Shown: positions 20,932 to 31,634 of the stretch, piece after piece | Layout: each line of letters begins with the position of its first letter | Numbering within the stretch: position 1 is the first letter of the stretch | Origin: Candidatus Iainarchaeum sp. | Lineage (GTDB): Archaea > Iainarchaeota > Iainarchaeia > Iainarchaeales > JAGVWC01 | Length of the DNA stretch: 64,000 nucleotides | Assembly (NCBI GenBank): GCA_018304465.1 | Contig: JAGVWC010000009.1 | Span: 32,001-96,000, forward strand | Direction: 5' to 3' | Translations under genes and position numbers: made by a program | Notes under the pieces: model-generated | The model's database searches: none | Seen by the model: only the letters and a program-made list of their open reading frames with translations | Told to the model about the DNA's origin: nothing

Positions 20932-21719
20932 CTTTTGATGACGGTAAAGTAATGAAACAATCCAAAGGACTTGCGACCAAAGACCATTACACAATAGATG
21001 TAACCAATCAGTATAGTGGAAAGATCTTGGAGCGAGAGCGCATTTCTCTTGAATTAATGGCCAATGCACATCCCACTTCAAAAACGCGTTTGGTAGACGC
21101 CGGTTGTGCCAAAGGAAAATTGCTAATTGAAATTTGGAACCGTTTTGGTATCAAAGGTATTGGATTAGAGTATAGTAAAACATTTTTGGCCGAAGCACGT
21201 ACTGCCGGAGTTGATGCTCGTTTTTGCGATTTGCACGCGGGGATTCCGCTTGAAGACGCAACAGTGGATATTTTGAATGCGTCCGAAGTCATTGAGCATT
21301 TATATGATCCGGATTTTTTTTTACGAGAAGCAAACAGGGTATTAGCCAAAGGCGGGTCACTCGTGATATCGACTCCGAATCTGTGTGCATGGTTTAATCG
21401 GATATTGCTTCTTTTTGGAATCCAGCCCTTGTTCTTGGAATCAAGTACTGAAGACCGGAGCATTGGCGCCGGACCGCTTCGAAAAATGAAAAAATCAACT
21501 CAAGTGGTTGGGCATGTGCGCATCTTGCATGTGACAGCCTTAAAGGATTTATTGGAAAGACATGGGTTCGAAGTAAAAGAGATTCATGGAACAGTTTTTG
21601 AAAACGAACTACCGGCACCTGCGAGTTGGATTGATCGATTAATGACGATTCGAACCGGCTTAAGCGCGTTGTTGGTTGTGCGAGCCGTTAAAAAAAGAGA
21701 GTTAGTGAAGCAAAAATGA
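20928..21719 (+). CDS. Class I SAM-dependent methyltransferase
   Basis: VDAGCAKG, EVIEHL, ISTPN. Confidence 0.88.
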   Translation: MTFDDGKVMKQSKGLATKDHYTIDVTNQYSGKILERERISLELMANAHPTSKTRLVDAGCAKGKLLIEIWNRFGIKGIGLEYSKTFLAEARTAGVDARFCDLHAGIPLEDATVDILNASEVIEHLYDPDFFLREANRVLAKGGSLVISTPNLCAWFNRILLLFGIQPLFLESSTEDRSIGAGPLRKMKKSTQVVGHVRILHVTALKDLLERHGFEVKEIHGTVFENELPAPASWIDRLMTIRTGLSALLVVRAVKKRELVKQK

Positions 21720-22435
21720 TTTCCATTATCATTCCCGCCTACAATGAAGAACTGCGCATCGAAGCAACGGTTATGGATTACCATGATTTCTTTTTTTCCA
21801 AATCAGACCCGTTCGAAATTATTGTAGTTTCAAATAATTGTTCAGATAAGACGCCTTTGATTGTTGCGGCGCTTTCCGAGAAATATCCAGAAATTCGATT
21901 GATAAACATCCCTGAAAAAATCGGAAAAGGGGGGGCCGTAAAAGAGGGGATTTTGAAAGCCAGGGGCGATTGGGTGGGGTTCACCGATGCTGACAACGCC
22001 ACAAAACCAAAAGAGTTTTACAAAATTTTTTCCGCTGCCACAAAGAGCCAGTGTATTGCGATGGGTTCCAGAGCTGTTAAAGGAGCCAAAGTATTGCGTC
22101 AACCAACATACCGAAAATATTTAGGACGCGGATTTAATGCTATTGTACGATTTTTGTTTAAGTTACCGTTTCGCGATACCCAATGCGGAGCCAAAATTTT
22201 TCCGAAAGAAGCCGCTGCACAGGTTTTTAAAAACGTAAAATCCAACGGATGGGAGTTTGACGTTGAGCTGTTGTATGAAGCAAAGAAAGCAGGGTATAAA
22301 ATTGTCGAAGTGGCAGTATTGTGGGTGGATTCTGGAGAAACAAAAATAAAACCAATGACTATTCCACACATGTTTTTTGGATTAATCAAAATGCGTTTGG
22401 AAAAAAATAAATCCGGGAAAAAAAATGACGACTAA
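21716..22435 (+). CDS. Dolichyl-phosphate glycosyltransferase (ALG5-like GT2)
   Basis: GKGGAV, FTDAD, DTQCGAK, WEFDVELL. Confidence 0.9.
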   Translation: MISIIIPAYNEELRIEATVMDYHDFFFSKSDPFEIIVVSNNCSDKTPLIVAALSEKYPEIRLINIPEKIGKGGAVKEGILKARGDWVGFTDADNATKPKEFYKIFSAATKSQCIAMGSRAVKGAKVLRQPTYRKYLGRGFNAIVRFLFKLPFRDTQCGAKIFPKEAAAQVFKNVKSNGWEFDVELLYEAKKAGYKIVEVAVLWVDSGETKIKPMTIPHMFFGLIKMRLEKNKSGKKNDD

Positions 22436-23360
22436 AAAAGTGTTGATCACGGGGATTTCGGGCTTTTTAGGAGCCTGGAGTGCCAAAGTATTACTTGAAA
22501 ACAAATTTGACGTTTACGGGTTGGTTCGAAAAAAAGGGGGACTATCCTCGCTTTCCTTGCTAGACCTTGATACCAAAATTCCGTTGATTGTGGCAAATCT
22601 TAGAAATCTGAAGGATTTAGAGGCGATTTTTCAAGAAAACGAGTTTGATTATTGTTTGCATTTTGCAGGGCTGACAAACCCAGCATATTGTAAAGACCAT
22701 GTACATGAAACCTTTGAAGCCAATGTTGCGGGAGTTTGGAATTTATTAGAAGCGATTCAGAAAAAAAGCCCTCAAACGAAAACAGTTGTTTCTTCGAGTT
22801 ATCTCACGGAGCAACACAATATGGAGTCTTCTCCGTATGCAGTATCTAAACTCTTGGGAGAATGGATCGCAAAAACTTATTCAAAACGATTTGGACTAAC
22901 CGTTGTAAATGTGCGTAATTCCAATTGTTTTGGACCCGCGGATGTTCATCTGGAACGGATTATTCCGTCCACCATTCTTTTGGCCCTAAATCGGAAAAAA
23001 ATTAGTGTTTTTAACGAAACCAATGCGCGAAATTTTGTATATGTTAAAGACGTGGCCAAGGGATACTTACATTTGTTGAATGCTATGAATAGAAACACTG
23101 CGGATTTGGATGGATTGATATTTGCTAATGATAAAAAAACACGGATATTGGATTTAACTCAACGCATTGTGAAATTAACCGAAACAAACGCGCCCATTGA
23201 GTTATTGGGAAAAAGTCACGAAGAAACACCAGAGGTTTCAATTACGCCAACCCAAGAGAAGATCGGTTGGAGTCCGTCGTATTCATTGAATGACGCATTA
23301 ACCGAAACCGTTGAGTGGTATCGGGGCCATCGAAATCAACTTTCAATCAAAAAAGATTAG
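22425..23360 (+). CDS. NAD-dependent epimerase/dehydratase
   Basis: TGISGFLG, YAVSK, NCFGP. Confidence 0.85.
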   Translation: MTTKKVLITGISGFLGAWSAKVLLENKFDVYGLVRKKGGLSSLSLLDLDTKIPLIVANLRNLKDLEAIFQENEFDYCLHFAGLTNPAYCKDHVHETFEANVAGVWNLLEAIQKKSPQTKTVVSSSYLTEQHNMESSPYAVSKLLGEWIAKTYSKRFGLTVVNVRNSNCFGPADVHLERIIPSTILLALNRKKISVFNETNARNFVYVKDVAKGYLHLLNAMNRNTADLDGLIFANDKKTRILDLTQRIVKLTETNAPIELLGKSHEETPEVSITPTQEKIGWSPSYSLNDALTETVEWYRGHRNQLSIKKD

Positions 23361-23455
23361 AATTTTCCACGAAGCTTATGCCGTGCTTAAACGGTCCCAA
23401 TATCAAAGACCAAATAATTTTATCACTCTTCACGGAAAGCTGGTTTTGTGCTTGA

Positions 23456-24202
23456 TTATTTAAAGCGTCGTCGGACAGCTTCTAGAGTTTCGATGCTTCC
23501 AATATCAAACCACTCATCAGTGGCAGAACCGTACACGAATCCATAGACCGACTTTTCTTTGAATAACCATTGGACGAATTCCCCTGGTTTGTCAGGGGAC
23601 AGTCCAAGTGAAAGGTATTTTCGAAAAAGTTTGACTGTTTCTTTCGAATAAAAATAAATTCCGATGGATGCCAAAGTTGAGGTTGGTTTGACTGGTTTTT
23701 CAATAAACTGAGTTACTTTTCCATTAGAATCAAGATTTACGATTCCAAATAGTTTGGCTTGATCTGATGTTTTAACATCGTAACACGCAATCACATCGGA
23801 TTTTTTTTTCGTGAAAAAATCCTGAAACGGTTTGATGGAAAACGAAAACAAATTGTCTCCTGAAACCCAAGCAATGTCTTCGTTTATGTTTTCTGTTTCA
23901 ATGACGAACTGGGCATCTCCAATTGCGCCAAGCCGTGTTTCATTCGAAGTGGTTCCATCATCGAGCACCACGATTGGAATTGAAACCGTTTGTTGACGTT
24001 TTTTTGCCCATTCTCGAAATTGAGAAGCGAATTTGTGATTTGAAACGACCACGATTTTTGTGATGTTATTTAGTTCGATAATTTTGTCCACGACGTAATC
24101 CATCATTGGGCGTCCTCCAATTTCGAGAAGCGCTTTGGGTTTGTCAAGTGTTAGCGGGTAGAGTCGCGTGGCATATCCCGCCACAGGAATAAGTGCAATC
24201 AC
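23456..24202 (-). CDS. Sugar-phosphate nucleotidyltransferase
   Basis: AGYATRLYPLTLDKPKALL, EKP, WFDIG. Confidence 0.9.
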   Translation of the reverse strand: MIALIPVAGYATRLYPLTLDKPKALLEIGGRPMMDYVVDKIIELNNITKIVVVSNHKFASQFREWAKKRQQTVSIPIVVLDDGTTSNETRLGAIGDAQFVIETENINEDIAWVSGDNLFSFSIKPFQDFFTKKKSDVIACYDVKTSDQAKLFGIVNLDSNGKVTQFIEKPVKPTSTLASIGIYFYSKETVKLFRKYLSLGLSPDKPGEFVQWLFKEKSVYGFVYGSATDEWFDIGSIETLEAVRRRFK

Positions 24203-25497
24203 ACGGGTTTCCTCCCAACACTGATGTATTCAAAACCAATTTTTTTCATTTGTTCAAGCGAGAACAGATTGCGTCCGTCAAACAAAATGGGTTTTTTGAG
24301 AATGGTTTTGGCTTGTTTCCAATCAAGTCCTCGAAATTGGGGCCATTCGGTCATAATTGCCACCGCATCGGCGCCTTTCATACAGTCGAATTCATTGACA
24401 GTAAACTCGACATTGGATAGCTTTTGATTGGCATTGTCCATCGCGACAGGATCGAACACTCGAATTTTAGCTCCTGCTTTTTGGAGTCCGGCAATGATAT
24501 CAAGAGCAGGTGCACTGCGCAAGTCATCTGTATCTGGTTTGAAAGCTAATCCAAGTACTGCAATTGTTTTTCCTTCCAAGGACCCGAATTTTTTTTGTAT
24601 TTTTTCCACGAAATTCGTGCGTTGCAACTCATTGATGGATTGGACTTCTTCGAGTAAGCCAAATGAGATTCCTTTGGCTGCCGCGATTCGAACAAACGCA
24701 TCCACATCTTTTGGAAAACAGCTTCCACCATACCCGATTCCCGCCTTAAGGAAATGCGGTCCGATGCGTTTATCTAAACTCATTCCGTATACGACGTCAT
24801 CGATATTGGCTCCAGTTTTTTCGCAAATATTAGCCAAAGCGTTCGCATACGAGATTTTGAGCGCCAAAAAAGAATTGGATGCATGTTTGATGAGTTCTGC
24901 ACTGGAAATATCCGTAAAGATAATCGGAGCCTTTAAAGGATCATACAATCGTTTCATTTTCTCGCGTGAACTTTCGCTTTCTGTTCCAATAACAATGCGA
25001 TCAGGTCGCATGAAGTCGGATACAGCTGTTCCTTCGCGAAGAAATTCAGGATTGCTTACAACATCAAACTTAACTTTGTGTCCGTTTTGGGTGTGAAGAA
25101 TTTCGTAGAGGCGATTTCCGGTTTCAACGGGAACGGTGCTTTTTTCAACCACAATTTTGGGGTCTTTGGCGGCTTTGGCAATTTCGTAAGCCACGTTTTC
25201 CACGTAGGAAAGATCGGCTTCTCCGTTGGGTTTGGAAGGAGTGCCTACCGCAATAAAAATGATTTCGGATTCGTTTATGCTACGGGGGAGATCTATTGAG
25301 AAAAATAATCGGTTTTGTTCCGTGTTTCGTCGGACCAGATCTTCTAATCCTGGTTCGTAGATTGGAATGATTCCTTTGTGGAGTTTGTCGATTTTTTCGG
25401 TGTTGTTATCTACACAAATAACCTGGTGACCAATCTCTGCCAAGCAAGTTCCCGTTACCAATCCAACATAACCAGTTCCAACGACAGTGACTTTCAT
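24199..25497 (-). CDS. ugd: UDP-glucose/GDP-mannose 6-dehydrogenase
   Basis: GTGYVG, SNPEFLREG, GYGGSCFPKD, FKPDTDDLR. Confidence 0.95.
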   Translation of the reverse strand: MKVTVVGTGYVGLVTGTCLAEIGHQVICVDNNTEKIDKLHKGIIPIYEPGLEDLVRRNTEQNRLFFSIDLPRSINESEIIFIAVGTPSKPNGEADLSYVENVAYEIAKAAKDPKIVVEKSTVPVETGNRLYEILHTQNGHKVKFDVVSNPEFLREGTAVSDFMRPDRIVIGTESESSREKMKRLYDPLKAPIIFTDISSAELIKHASNSFLALKISYANALANICEKTGANIDDVVYGMSLDKRIGPHFLKAGIGYGGSCFPKDVDAFVRIAAAKGISFGLLEEVQSINELQRTNFVEKIQKKFGSLEGKTIAVLGLAFKPDTDDLRSAPALDIIAGLQKAGAKIRVFDPVAMDNANQKLSNVEFTVNEFDCMKGADAVAIMTEWPQFRGLDWKQAKTILKKPILFDGRNLFSLEQMKKIGFEYISVGRKPV

Positions 25498-25560
25498 AAT
25501 GTTCCCTCGTATTACCCGGAGTAATTGCTTAAAAAAGTAAATTGGTTCAATCGACGAAGC

Positions 25561-26490
25561 TCACTTGAGAAAAACGTTGTGGTTATACCAAGCAATGGTT
25601 TTTTCAAGGCCTTCATCAATCGAAAAACGCGGAGAAAAGCCGATTAATCGTTGCGCCTTGACAATGCGGGGTTCAAATTTTTCCACTTCACCGGGTCGAA
25701 TCGAAGAAACCGTGATAGCGCACTCGGAGTGATTTTTTTGGCAAATTTTCTTGGCGACTTCCAAAAGCGAAACCGCTTGTGGAAACGCTAGATTGTAGGC
25801 TTCGTTCTTGGCGGTTTCAAAGTTTTTGATGCCGCCCATGATTCCTTCGATGGCATCGTCAATGTAGGTAAATGCCAAGGACTTTTCTTTGCCAAAAATC
25901 GTAATGGGTTCATTTTGACGAGATTTTCGCAATACAATCGGAATAAAGCGTTCGCTGGTATCAAATTTTCCATACACATTTGAAAAACGGAAAATTTCAT
26001 AATCAATCCCAAAGCATTTTTGATAGGACACAACAAAGGATTCACCCGAAATTTTAGAAGCAGCATATGGAGACTCGGTGTTTTCAAGTGAAACATCGGA
26101 TTCGTCATGAATCATTTGGGGAGTATTTCCATAAACCTCCCGGCTGGATGCAAAAATTAAACGCGAGATCTTGTTTTTTCGACAGAATTCAAGCGTATTC
26201 AAGGTGGAAAGCACGTTGTCAACCGCTAGCTGCGGGTTTTGAACCGAAGGAAAAACGTAGGCATTGGCCGCGAGGTGAACGCATAGGTCGGCTTTGGAAG
26301 AAATTTTTTCAAGTTGAGCGGATTTGGTTAAATCAACGATCACGGTTTTTTTGTCAATCGCTTTGCTCCATTGATTATGAACTTTATCAACACCAATAAA
26401 ATCAATTTTTTCGGAAATGAGGCGTTCGCAGAGCGCGGTTCCAATCATTCCACTGGAACCCGTGACAATGATTTTTCGGATTTTACTCAT
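25561..26490 (-). CDS. NAD-dependent epimerase/dehydratase
   Basis: TGSSGMIG, SSREVYG, YAASK. Confidence 0.88.
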   Translation of the reverse strand: MSKIRKIIVTGSSGMIGTALCERLISEKIDFIGVDKVHNQWSKAIDKKTVIVDLTKSAQLEKISSKADLCVHLAANAYVFPSVQNPQLAVDNVLSTLNTLEFCRKNKISRLIFASSREVYGNTPQMIHDESDVSLENTESPYAASKISGESFVVSYQKCFGIDYEIFRFSNVYGKFDTSERFIPIVLRKSRQNEPITIFGKEKSLAFTYIDDAIEGIMGGIKNFETAKNEAYNLAFPQAVSLLEVAKKICQKNHSECAITVSSIRPGEVEKFEPRIVKAQRLIGFSPRFSIDEGLEKTIAWYNHNVFLK

Positions 26491-26538
26491 GTCTCAAAAC
26501 CTTCAAATTACAAAAAGATTCATTTTTTTAACCTGCGT

Positions 26539-27441
26539 TTAAAGCAATAATTTTCCAAACCGGATGCTTCCCACCAACCGAGAGGATTTCACCGCAATGA
26601 CATATGCAATTCCCCCCAAAATAATTAAAATAGTGTGAAGGGGAGTCGAGTTTTTGAGAAACGTAATTCCTCGAGGACTGGATAGTTCAAATTTTCCCTT
26701 TTTTTGCCAAAGTCCCGTCGCAACAGCAAAATCAAACCACGGATCGATCCAAAAACCCCATTTAATGTTAAGAAATTCCTTGCAAACGGAAGAAGGGTGT
26801 TTTTTGTAAAGCAAAACATCATTCTGGTGGTAGACCAATCGTTGCCACACATGCTTTAGAAAATTAATCAGTCCGTTAGGTTTGACCATTTCGTGATCAT
26901 GAAGATAACCGGCTTTCACGAGTTTGAATTTGTATCCAAGTTCCATGATTTTAAAACTCAAATCAGTGTCTTCACGATAATACCGGTATTCTTCGTCATA
27001 ACCTCCAACTTGATCCAATAGTTCTTTTCGAAAACCCGTCGAAGTTCCTCCATAATAATCGTACGCGCTAACGACGCCGACTTCGGGAGAATCAAATCCC
27101 GCGACCATTTTTGAAAGCCAGTCTTTTTCGGCGATGCAATCATGATCCATATTGATGACCAATGGAAAACGAGCAAAGCGAATCCCCGCATTTCGGGATT
27201 TACACACGCCTTGGTTTTTTTGAAAATCAATAAAACGGATCTTTGTTTGGTTGGCAAATTCGAAGTGCATCATATTCCGAGTTTCATCCGTAGAACCGTC
27301 ATTCACCACAATGATTTCGTAGTCGCCTGAAAAATCTTGATTAAGAAGATTGTAAAGCGTTTTGCGAAGGGTTTTGGCATTGTTTAATGTCGCAATGACA
27401 ATCGAAGCACCAAAATCAGGATTTTTTTTGAGGCGGGGCAT
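26539..27441 (-). CDS. GT2 glycosyltransferase
   Basis: VNDGSTD, MDHD, VGGYDE...EDTD. Confidence 0.88.
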   Translation of the reverse strand: MPRLKKNPDFGASIVIATLNNAKTLRKTLYNLLNQDFSGDYEIIVVNDGSTDETRNMMHFEFANQTKIRFIDFQKNQGVCKSRNAGIRFARFPLVINMDHDCIAEKDWLSKMVAGFDSPEVGVVSAYDYYGGTSTGFRKELLDQVGGYDEEYRYYREDTDLSFKIMELGYKFKLVKAGYLHDHEMVKPNGLINFLKHVWQRLVYHQNDVLLYKKHPSSVCKEFLNIKWGFWIDPWFDFAVATGLWQKKGKFELSSPRGITFLKNSTPLHTILIILGGIAYVIAVKSSRLVGSIRFGKLLL

Positions 27442-27525
27442 CCTAATGAATTATTCGCAAAACAGGGTTTTTTAATCCTCAGGTACAGGAAAATTAAGGA
27501 CACCTACGAGAGGAGAAATGAAAAA

Positions 27526-28416
27526 ATGAACGTACTGGTTACCGGCGGAACTGGGTTTATTGGAAACGCCTTGGTAAAAGAACTTCTATTGCGAAAAAAC
27601 GAAGTCATCGTAGCTTCGATGCGTTCAAATTCCCCTCAAAACCAGCCGGTTAAAATAAGGACAAGTAATTTGAAAAACTTGGAGGATTGTGTCAAAGCCA
27701 CCAAGGACATGGACGCAATTTTTCATTTGGCAACCGCAGGCGAAAAAGGAAAAACCCAGGAAGAAATCCAATCGGAAAACGAAACCATGATGAAAAATCT
27801 GTTGGAAAGTGCCAAAAAAAATCAGGTGAAATCATTTTTACTTGCAAGTACGTTGCTAGTGAATTCATTTCTTGAAAATCCAAAACAAGAAACGTCTCGT
27901 CGCGGATACATTCAAAGTAAACTGAATCAAGAAAAAATGCTCGTACAAACCGCAACGCAAGCAGGTTTTTCTTTTTGCATTGTTCGGATTGGAAATTGTT
28001 ACGGTCCGGGTTTTTTGAGTTCAGGCCAGCCAAGTGTGATCGGTACGTTCATCACCAAGGCCATAGAAAACCAACCGATACCCGTGTTTGGAGAGGGAAA
28101 TCAGAAGCGCTCGTTTATTCATGTGGACGATGTGGCCAAAGGAATGTGCGCCGTGTTTGAATCAAACAAGGCCAATGAACCATTGGACTTAACGTTTCCA
28201 GAAACGATTACCATTAACGATTTGGCCAAAAAAATCATTTCCTTAACCAACTCCAAAAGCGAGATTAGTCGGATTCCGCAAGATCATGTCGATGTATCTC
28301 GTCCCATTTTTGACATGGAAAAAACCCGGCTTAAAACCGGTTTTGTTCCTCAATTTTCGCTTGAAAAAGGGCTAAAAGACACGATTTCGTGGTACCAGAA
28401 AAACAAAGGCAAGTAA
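27526..28416 (+). CDS. NAD-dependent epimerase/dehydratase
   Basis: TGGTGFIG, YIQSK, GEGNQKRSFIHVDD. Confidence 0.85.
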   Translation: MNVLVTGGTGFIGNALVKELLLRKNEVIVASMRSNSPQNQPVKIRTSNLKNLEDCVKATKDMDAIFHLATAGEKGKTQEEIQSENETMMKNLLESAKKNQVKSFLLASTLLVNSFLENPKQETSRRGYIQSKLNQEKMLVQTATQAGFSFCIVRIGNCYGPGFLSSGQPSVIGTFITKAIENQPIPVFGEGNQKRSFIHVDDVAKGMCAVFESNKANEPLDLTFPETITINDLAKKIISLTNSKSEISRIPQDHVDVSRPIFDMEKTRLKTGFVPQFSLEKGLKDTISWYQKNKGK

Positions 28417-28468
28417 TTGTACCAAACTGCATTTAAAAACCCGGCCAGGAAATATATCAGAATTACGT

Positions 28469-29437
28469 ATGTCTACACGCACGATTTTGGTGACCGGTGG
28501 CGCGGGTTTTATCGGAAGCCATTTTGTCAAACACCATTTGAAAAACTACCCTTCCGACCAAGTGATTAATTTTGATAAACTGACGTATGCGGGTCGGCTT
28601 GAAAATCTCAAAGAAGTCGAAAAAAACCCGAATTATTCGTTTGTGAAAGGCGATATTTGCAATCCATCCGAAGTCGCCAAGGTGATGAAAAACGTGGATA
28701 TGGTGGTTCATTTTGCCGCGGAATCCCACGTGGATCGAAGCATCCAAAGCTCGATCGAATTCCTTGAAACCAACGTGATCGGAACGTATCGATTGCTGGA
28801 AGAAAGTCGAAATCAAAACGTGTCCAAGTTTGTGCAAATTTCAACCGATGAAGTGTACGGACAAATCATGTCCGGCAGTTTTAAAGAAACCGACGTGTTG
28901 AATCCTCGAAATCCATATTCTGCCAGCAAAACAGGGGCGGATCGCTTGGCCTACAGTTTTTTTGAAACCCACAACGTCCCGGTCGTGATCACGCGTTCAA
29001 GCAACAATTACGGGCCCAATCAGTTCCCCGAAAAATTGATTCCGTTGTTTGTCACGAATTTGTTGGTCAAAAAAAAAGTGCCTGTGTACGGAACCGGAAA
29101 AAACATTCGGGATTGGTTGCATGTCGAAGACAATTGTCGCGGAATCGAAGCCGTGTTATCCAAAGGAAAAAACGGGGAAGTATACAACATCGGCGGCGAA
29201 AACGAATACACCAACATTGAAATCACGAAAATGATTCTAAACGAACTTGGAAAAGGCGAAGAAATGATCGAATACGTGGAAGACCGCAAAGGTCACGATT
29301 TCCGATATGCGCTGGATTGTTCCAAAATCAAAAAAGAACTGGATTGGAAACCCGTGATTTCGTTTGAAAAAGGAATCAAAGACACTATTCGTTGGTATCA
29401 AGACAACGAATGGTGGTGGAAACCGCTGGTGAAGTAA
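28469..29437 (+). CDS. rfbB: dTDP-glucose 4,6-dehydratase
   Basis: DKLTYAG, HFAAESHVDRS, STDEVYG, NNYGP, RDWLHVED. Confidence 0.96.
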   Translation: MSTRTILVTGGAGFIGSHFVKHHLKNYPSDQVINFDKLTYAGRLENLKEVEKNPNYSFVKGDICNPSEVAKVMKNVDMVVHFAAESHVDRSIQSSIEFLETNVIGTYRLLEESRNQNVSKFVQISTDEVYGQIMSGSFKETDVLNPRNPYSASKTGADRLAYSFFETHNVPVVITRSSNNYGPNQFPEKLIPLFVTNLLVKKKVPVYGTGKNIRDWLHVEDNCRGIEAVLSKGKNGEVYNIGGENEYTNIEITKMILNELGKGEEMIEYVEDRKGHDFRYALDCSKIKKELDWKPVISFEKGIKDTIRWYQDNEWWWKPLVK

Positions 29438-29439
29438 AA

Positions 29440-29817
29440 ATGAAAATAAAAAAAGAAATGGAACTTTTTGAGCCAAACAAGGAAAAGAATTTTGACCTGG
29501 CCCAATTAGATGAAGAGGATCAAAAAAGTTGGAGGGATCAGGCGGTCAGAGCAGTTCAAAATTCTTTCTTAAATTACTATTTAGTTGTGGGATCGGCTTT
29601 AGTTCTATTACTTGGAATTTTATTGGACCCCCGAAAATTCCTAGAAACCTATTTGCCTCAACAAGTTCAAAACATTTGGGTTGCAATGATTTTTGTTTTG
29701 GTAGTTGGGATGTTATTAGCATATATACTTCACAGAACTAGAAATGAAGCCAACAAAAGAATTGAGAAAATATGGCAAGAATATTTAGATAATAAAAAAA
29801 AGGAGTCAAAAAAATGA
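29440..29817 (+). CDS. Small two-TM hypothetical protein
   Basis: Two hydrophobic segments; tightly packed between rfbB and rfbA. Confidence 0.65.
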   Translation: MKIKKEMELFEPNKEKNFDLAQLDEEDQKSWRDQAVRAVQNSFLNYYLVVGSALVLLLGILLDPRKFLETYLPQQVQNIWVAMIFVLVVGMLLAYILHRTRNEANKRIEKIWQEYLDNKKKESKK

Positions 29818-30560
29818 AAGGTGTTATTCTTGCAGGCGGAATGGGGTCAAGACTAAAACCTCTTACGTCCGTGACCAACAAACATTTGTTGCCGATTTAT
29901 GACAAGCCCATGATTTTTTATCCGATTCAAATTCTAAAGGACGCGGGCATCACGGAGATCATGGTTGTCACGGGAACGCATCACGCAGGAGCCATCTTTC
30001 AATTGTTGGGAAGCGGCCATGAATATGGTGTAAAGTTTACATACCGGGTTCAGGACCAAGCCGGCGGGATTCCGCAAGCGATTGGTTTGGCGGAAGGATT
30101 TGTCGGGGACGACAAGTTTGTGTCGGTGAACGGGGATAATATTTTGTTTGAAAACATCAAGCCGTTTGTGGACGAATTCGAAAAAGGAAAAGAAGAAGCC
30201 CGGATTTTGTTGTACAACGGTTCAAGAGAAGATGCCCAGAAATCCGGCGTTGCCGTGCTGGAAGGCGACAAGGTGTTAAAGATCGTGGAAAAACCCAAGG
30301 ATCCACCCAGCAATTGGATTTCAATCGGTGTTTTGATGTTCACGCCAGGCGTGTTTGATATCATCAAGACGCTAAAGCCAAGTGCGCGGGGAGAACTCGA
30401 GATTTCGGATGTGCAAAACGAGTATATTCGACGCGGAACATTGAAAGCCAGTAAATTGCGCGACGAATGGCTGGATGCGGGAACGATTGATGAACTGGTG
30501 CGCGTGAACCAGATCATTGCCGAACACGAACAAAAGAAAAAAAGGGATTCTTATACATAA
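29814..30560 (+). CDS. rfbA: Glucose-1-phosphate thymidylyltransferase (RmlA/SpsI-like)
   Basis: LAGGMGSRLKPLT...NKHLLPIYDKPMI, PSARGELEI, WLDAGT. Confidence 0.9.
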   Translation: MKGVILAGGMGSRLKPLTSVTNKHLLPIYDKPMIFYPIQILKDAGITEIMVVTGTHHAGAIFQLLGSGHEYGVKFTYRVQDQAGGIPQAIGLAEGFVGDDKFVSVNGDNILFENIKPFVDEFEKGKEEARILLYNGSREDAQKSGVAVLEGDKVLKIVEKPKDPPSNWISIGVLMFTPGVFDIIKTLKPSARGELEISDVQNEYIRRGTLKASKLRDEWLDAGTIDELVRVNQIIAEHEQKKKRDSYT

Positions 30561-30566
30561 CGTGGT

Positions 30567-31538
30567 GTGGGTTTGCAGCGATTCATCTCCGTCGTGATTC
30601 CGGTTCACACCCGGCGTTCGGAATTGGAAAAAAACCTGTTAGCTTTAGAGCGGCAAACGTATCCCAAAACAAGGTTTGAAGTCGTTTGCGTTGGGCAAAA
30701 CGAAAACGCGCTTCCTGAGTCGTTTTGCAGACCCGAACGGTTTTCGAAGACGCGGAAGAATTTTTCTTTTTTTTCGATTCCGTCGCGCTGGCCGGATGCC
30801 AAAAGAAACGCGGGAATCAAAAAAAGCCGGGGGGAAATCGTCGCGTTTACGGATGACGATTGTCTCGTGGCCGAGGATTGGCTGGAAAAAATAAACCTGG
30901 CGTTCGAACAGAACCCAAAAATCGCGGGAGTCGAGGGAAAAACCGTCGGACAATCCGAATTGTTGTTTTCACACGCGACAAAAAACGAGTGCGGGGGGCT
31001 GTATCCGACGTGCAACATGGCTTTTCAAAAAAACGCGTTGCAACAAGTGAACGGGTTCGATGAACGATACCATTTTTTCCGCGAAGACATCGACTTGGCG
31101 TTTGCAGTTCAGAAAAACGCCGGACCGATTGTTTTTGACGATCACGTGGTCGTGGTGCATCCCGAGCGAAAAACGAGTGGGTTGTCCGTGTTAAACGAAT
31201 TGAAGATGTTTCGCGGAGACGTGCTGTTGTTCAAAAAATATCCAGCCGAATACAAACGAACGTTTGGTTGGCTTGGAAAAGGCGCGTTGAAACAATCATT
31301 CGCGACGTTTTTTTTGTTGGTCATGTTTTCGGTTTTTTTGGAACTGGGTTTTCCGGTCGCGGCGTTGGGAATGGTGTTCGCGTGGATCGTGTTCAAGTTT
31401 TTCTTATTGATGCGAAAGAAAAAATTTTCGTTAATCGAGGGAGTTTTGTTTTTGATCGCAAGCGGGGCAAAGGATTTGCTCGCCCCGGTTTATTATTTCA
31501 AGTATTGGCTTGAAGTAAATGAAAAAGAAAAGGGATGA
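30567..31538 (+). CDS. GT2 glycosyltransferase with C-terminal TMs
   Basis: AFTDDD, TCNMAF, GFDE...EDID. Confidence 0.88.
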   Translation: MGLQRFISVVIPVHTRRSELEKNLLALERQTYPKTRFEVVCVGQNENALPESFCRPERFSKTRKNFSFFSIPSRWPDAKRNAGIKKSRGEIVAFTDDDCLVAEDWLEKINLAFEQNPKIAGVEGKTVGQSELLFSHATKNECGGLYPTCNMAFQKNALQQVNGFDERYHFFREDIDLAFAVQKNAGPIVFDDHVVVVHPERKTSGLSVLNELKMFRGDVLLFKKYPAEYKRTFGWLGKGALKQSFATFFLLVMFSVFLELGFPVAALGMVFAWIVFKFFLLMRKKKFSLIEGVLFLIASGAKDLLAPVYYFKYWLEVNEKEKG

Positions 31539-31634
31539 CCGTGGGAAAATCGGTTGTTTTTGAACAGGATTTTTATCTTGCAAAACAGGGTTGAATGGAA
31601 AAGTATTTATCACTCAAAAACAAAGGGTTTACGA

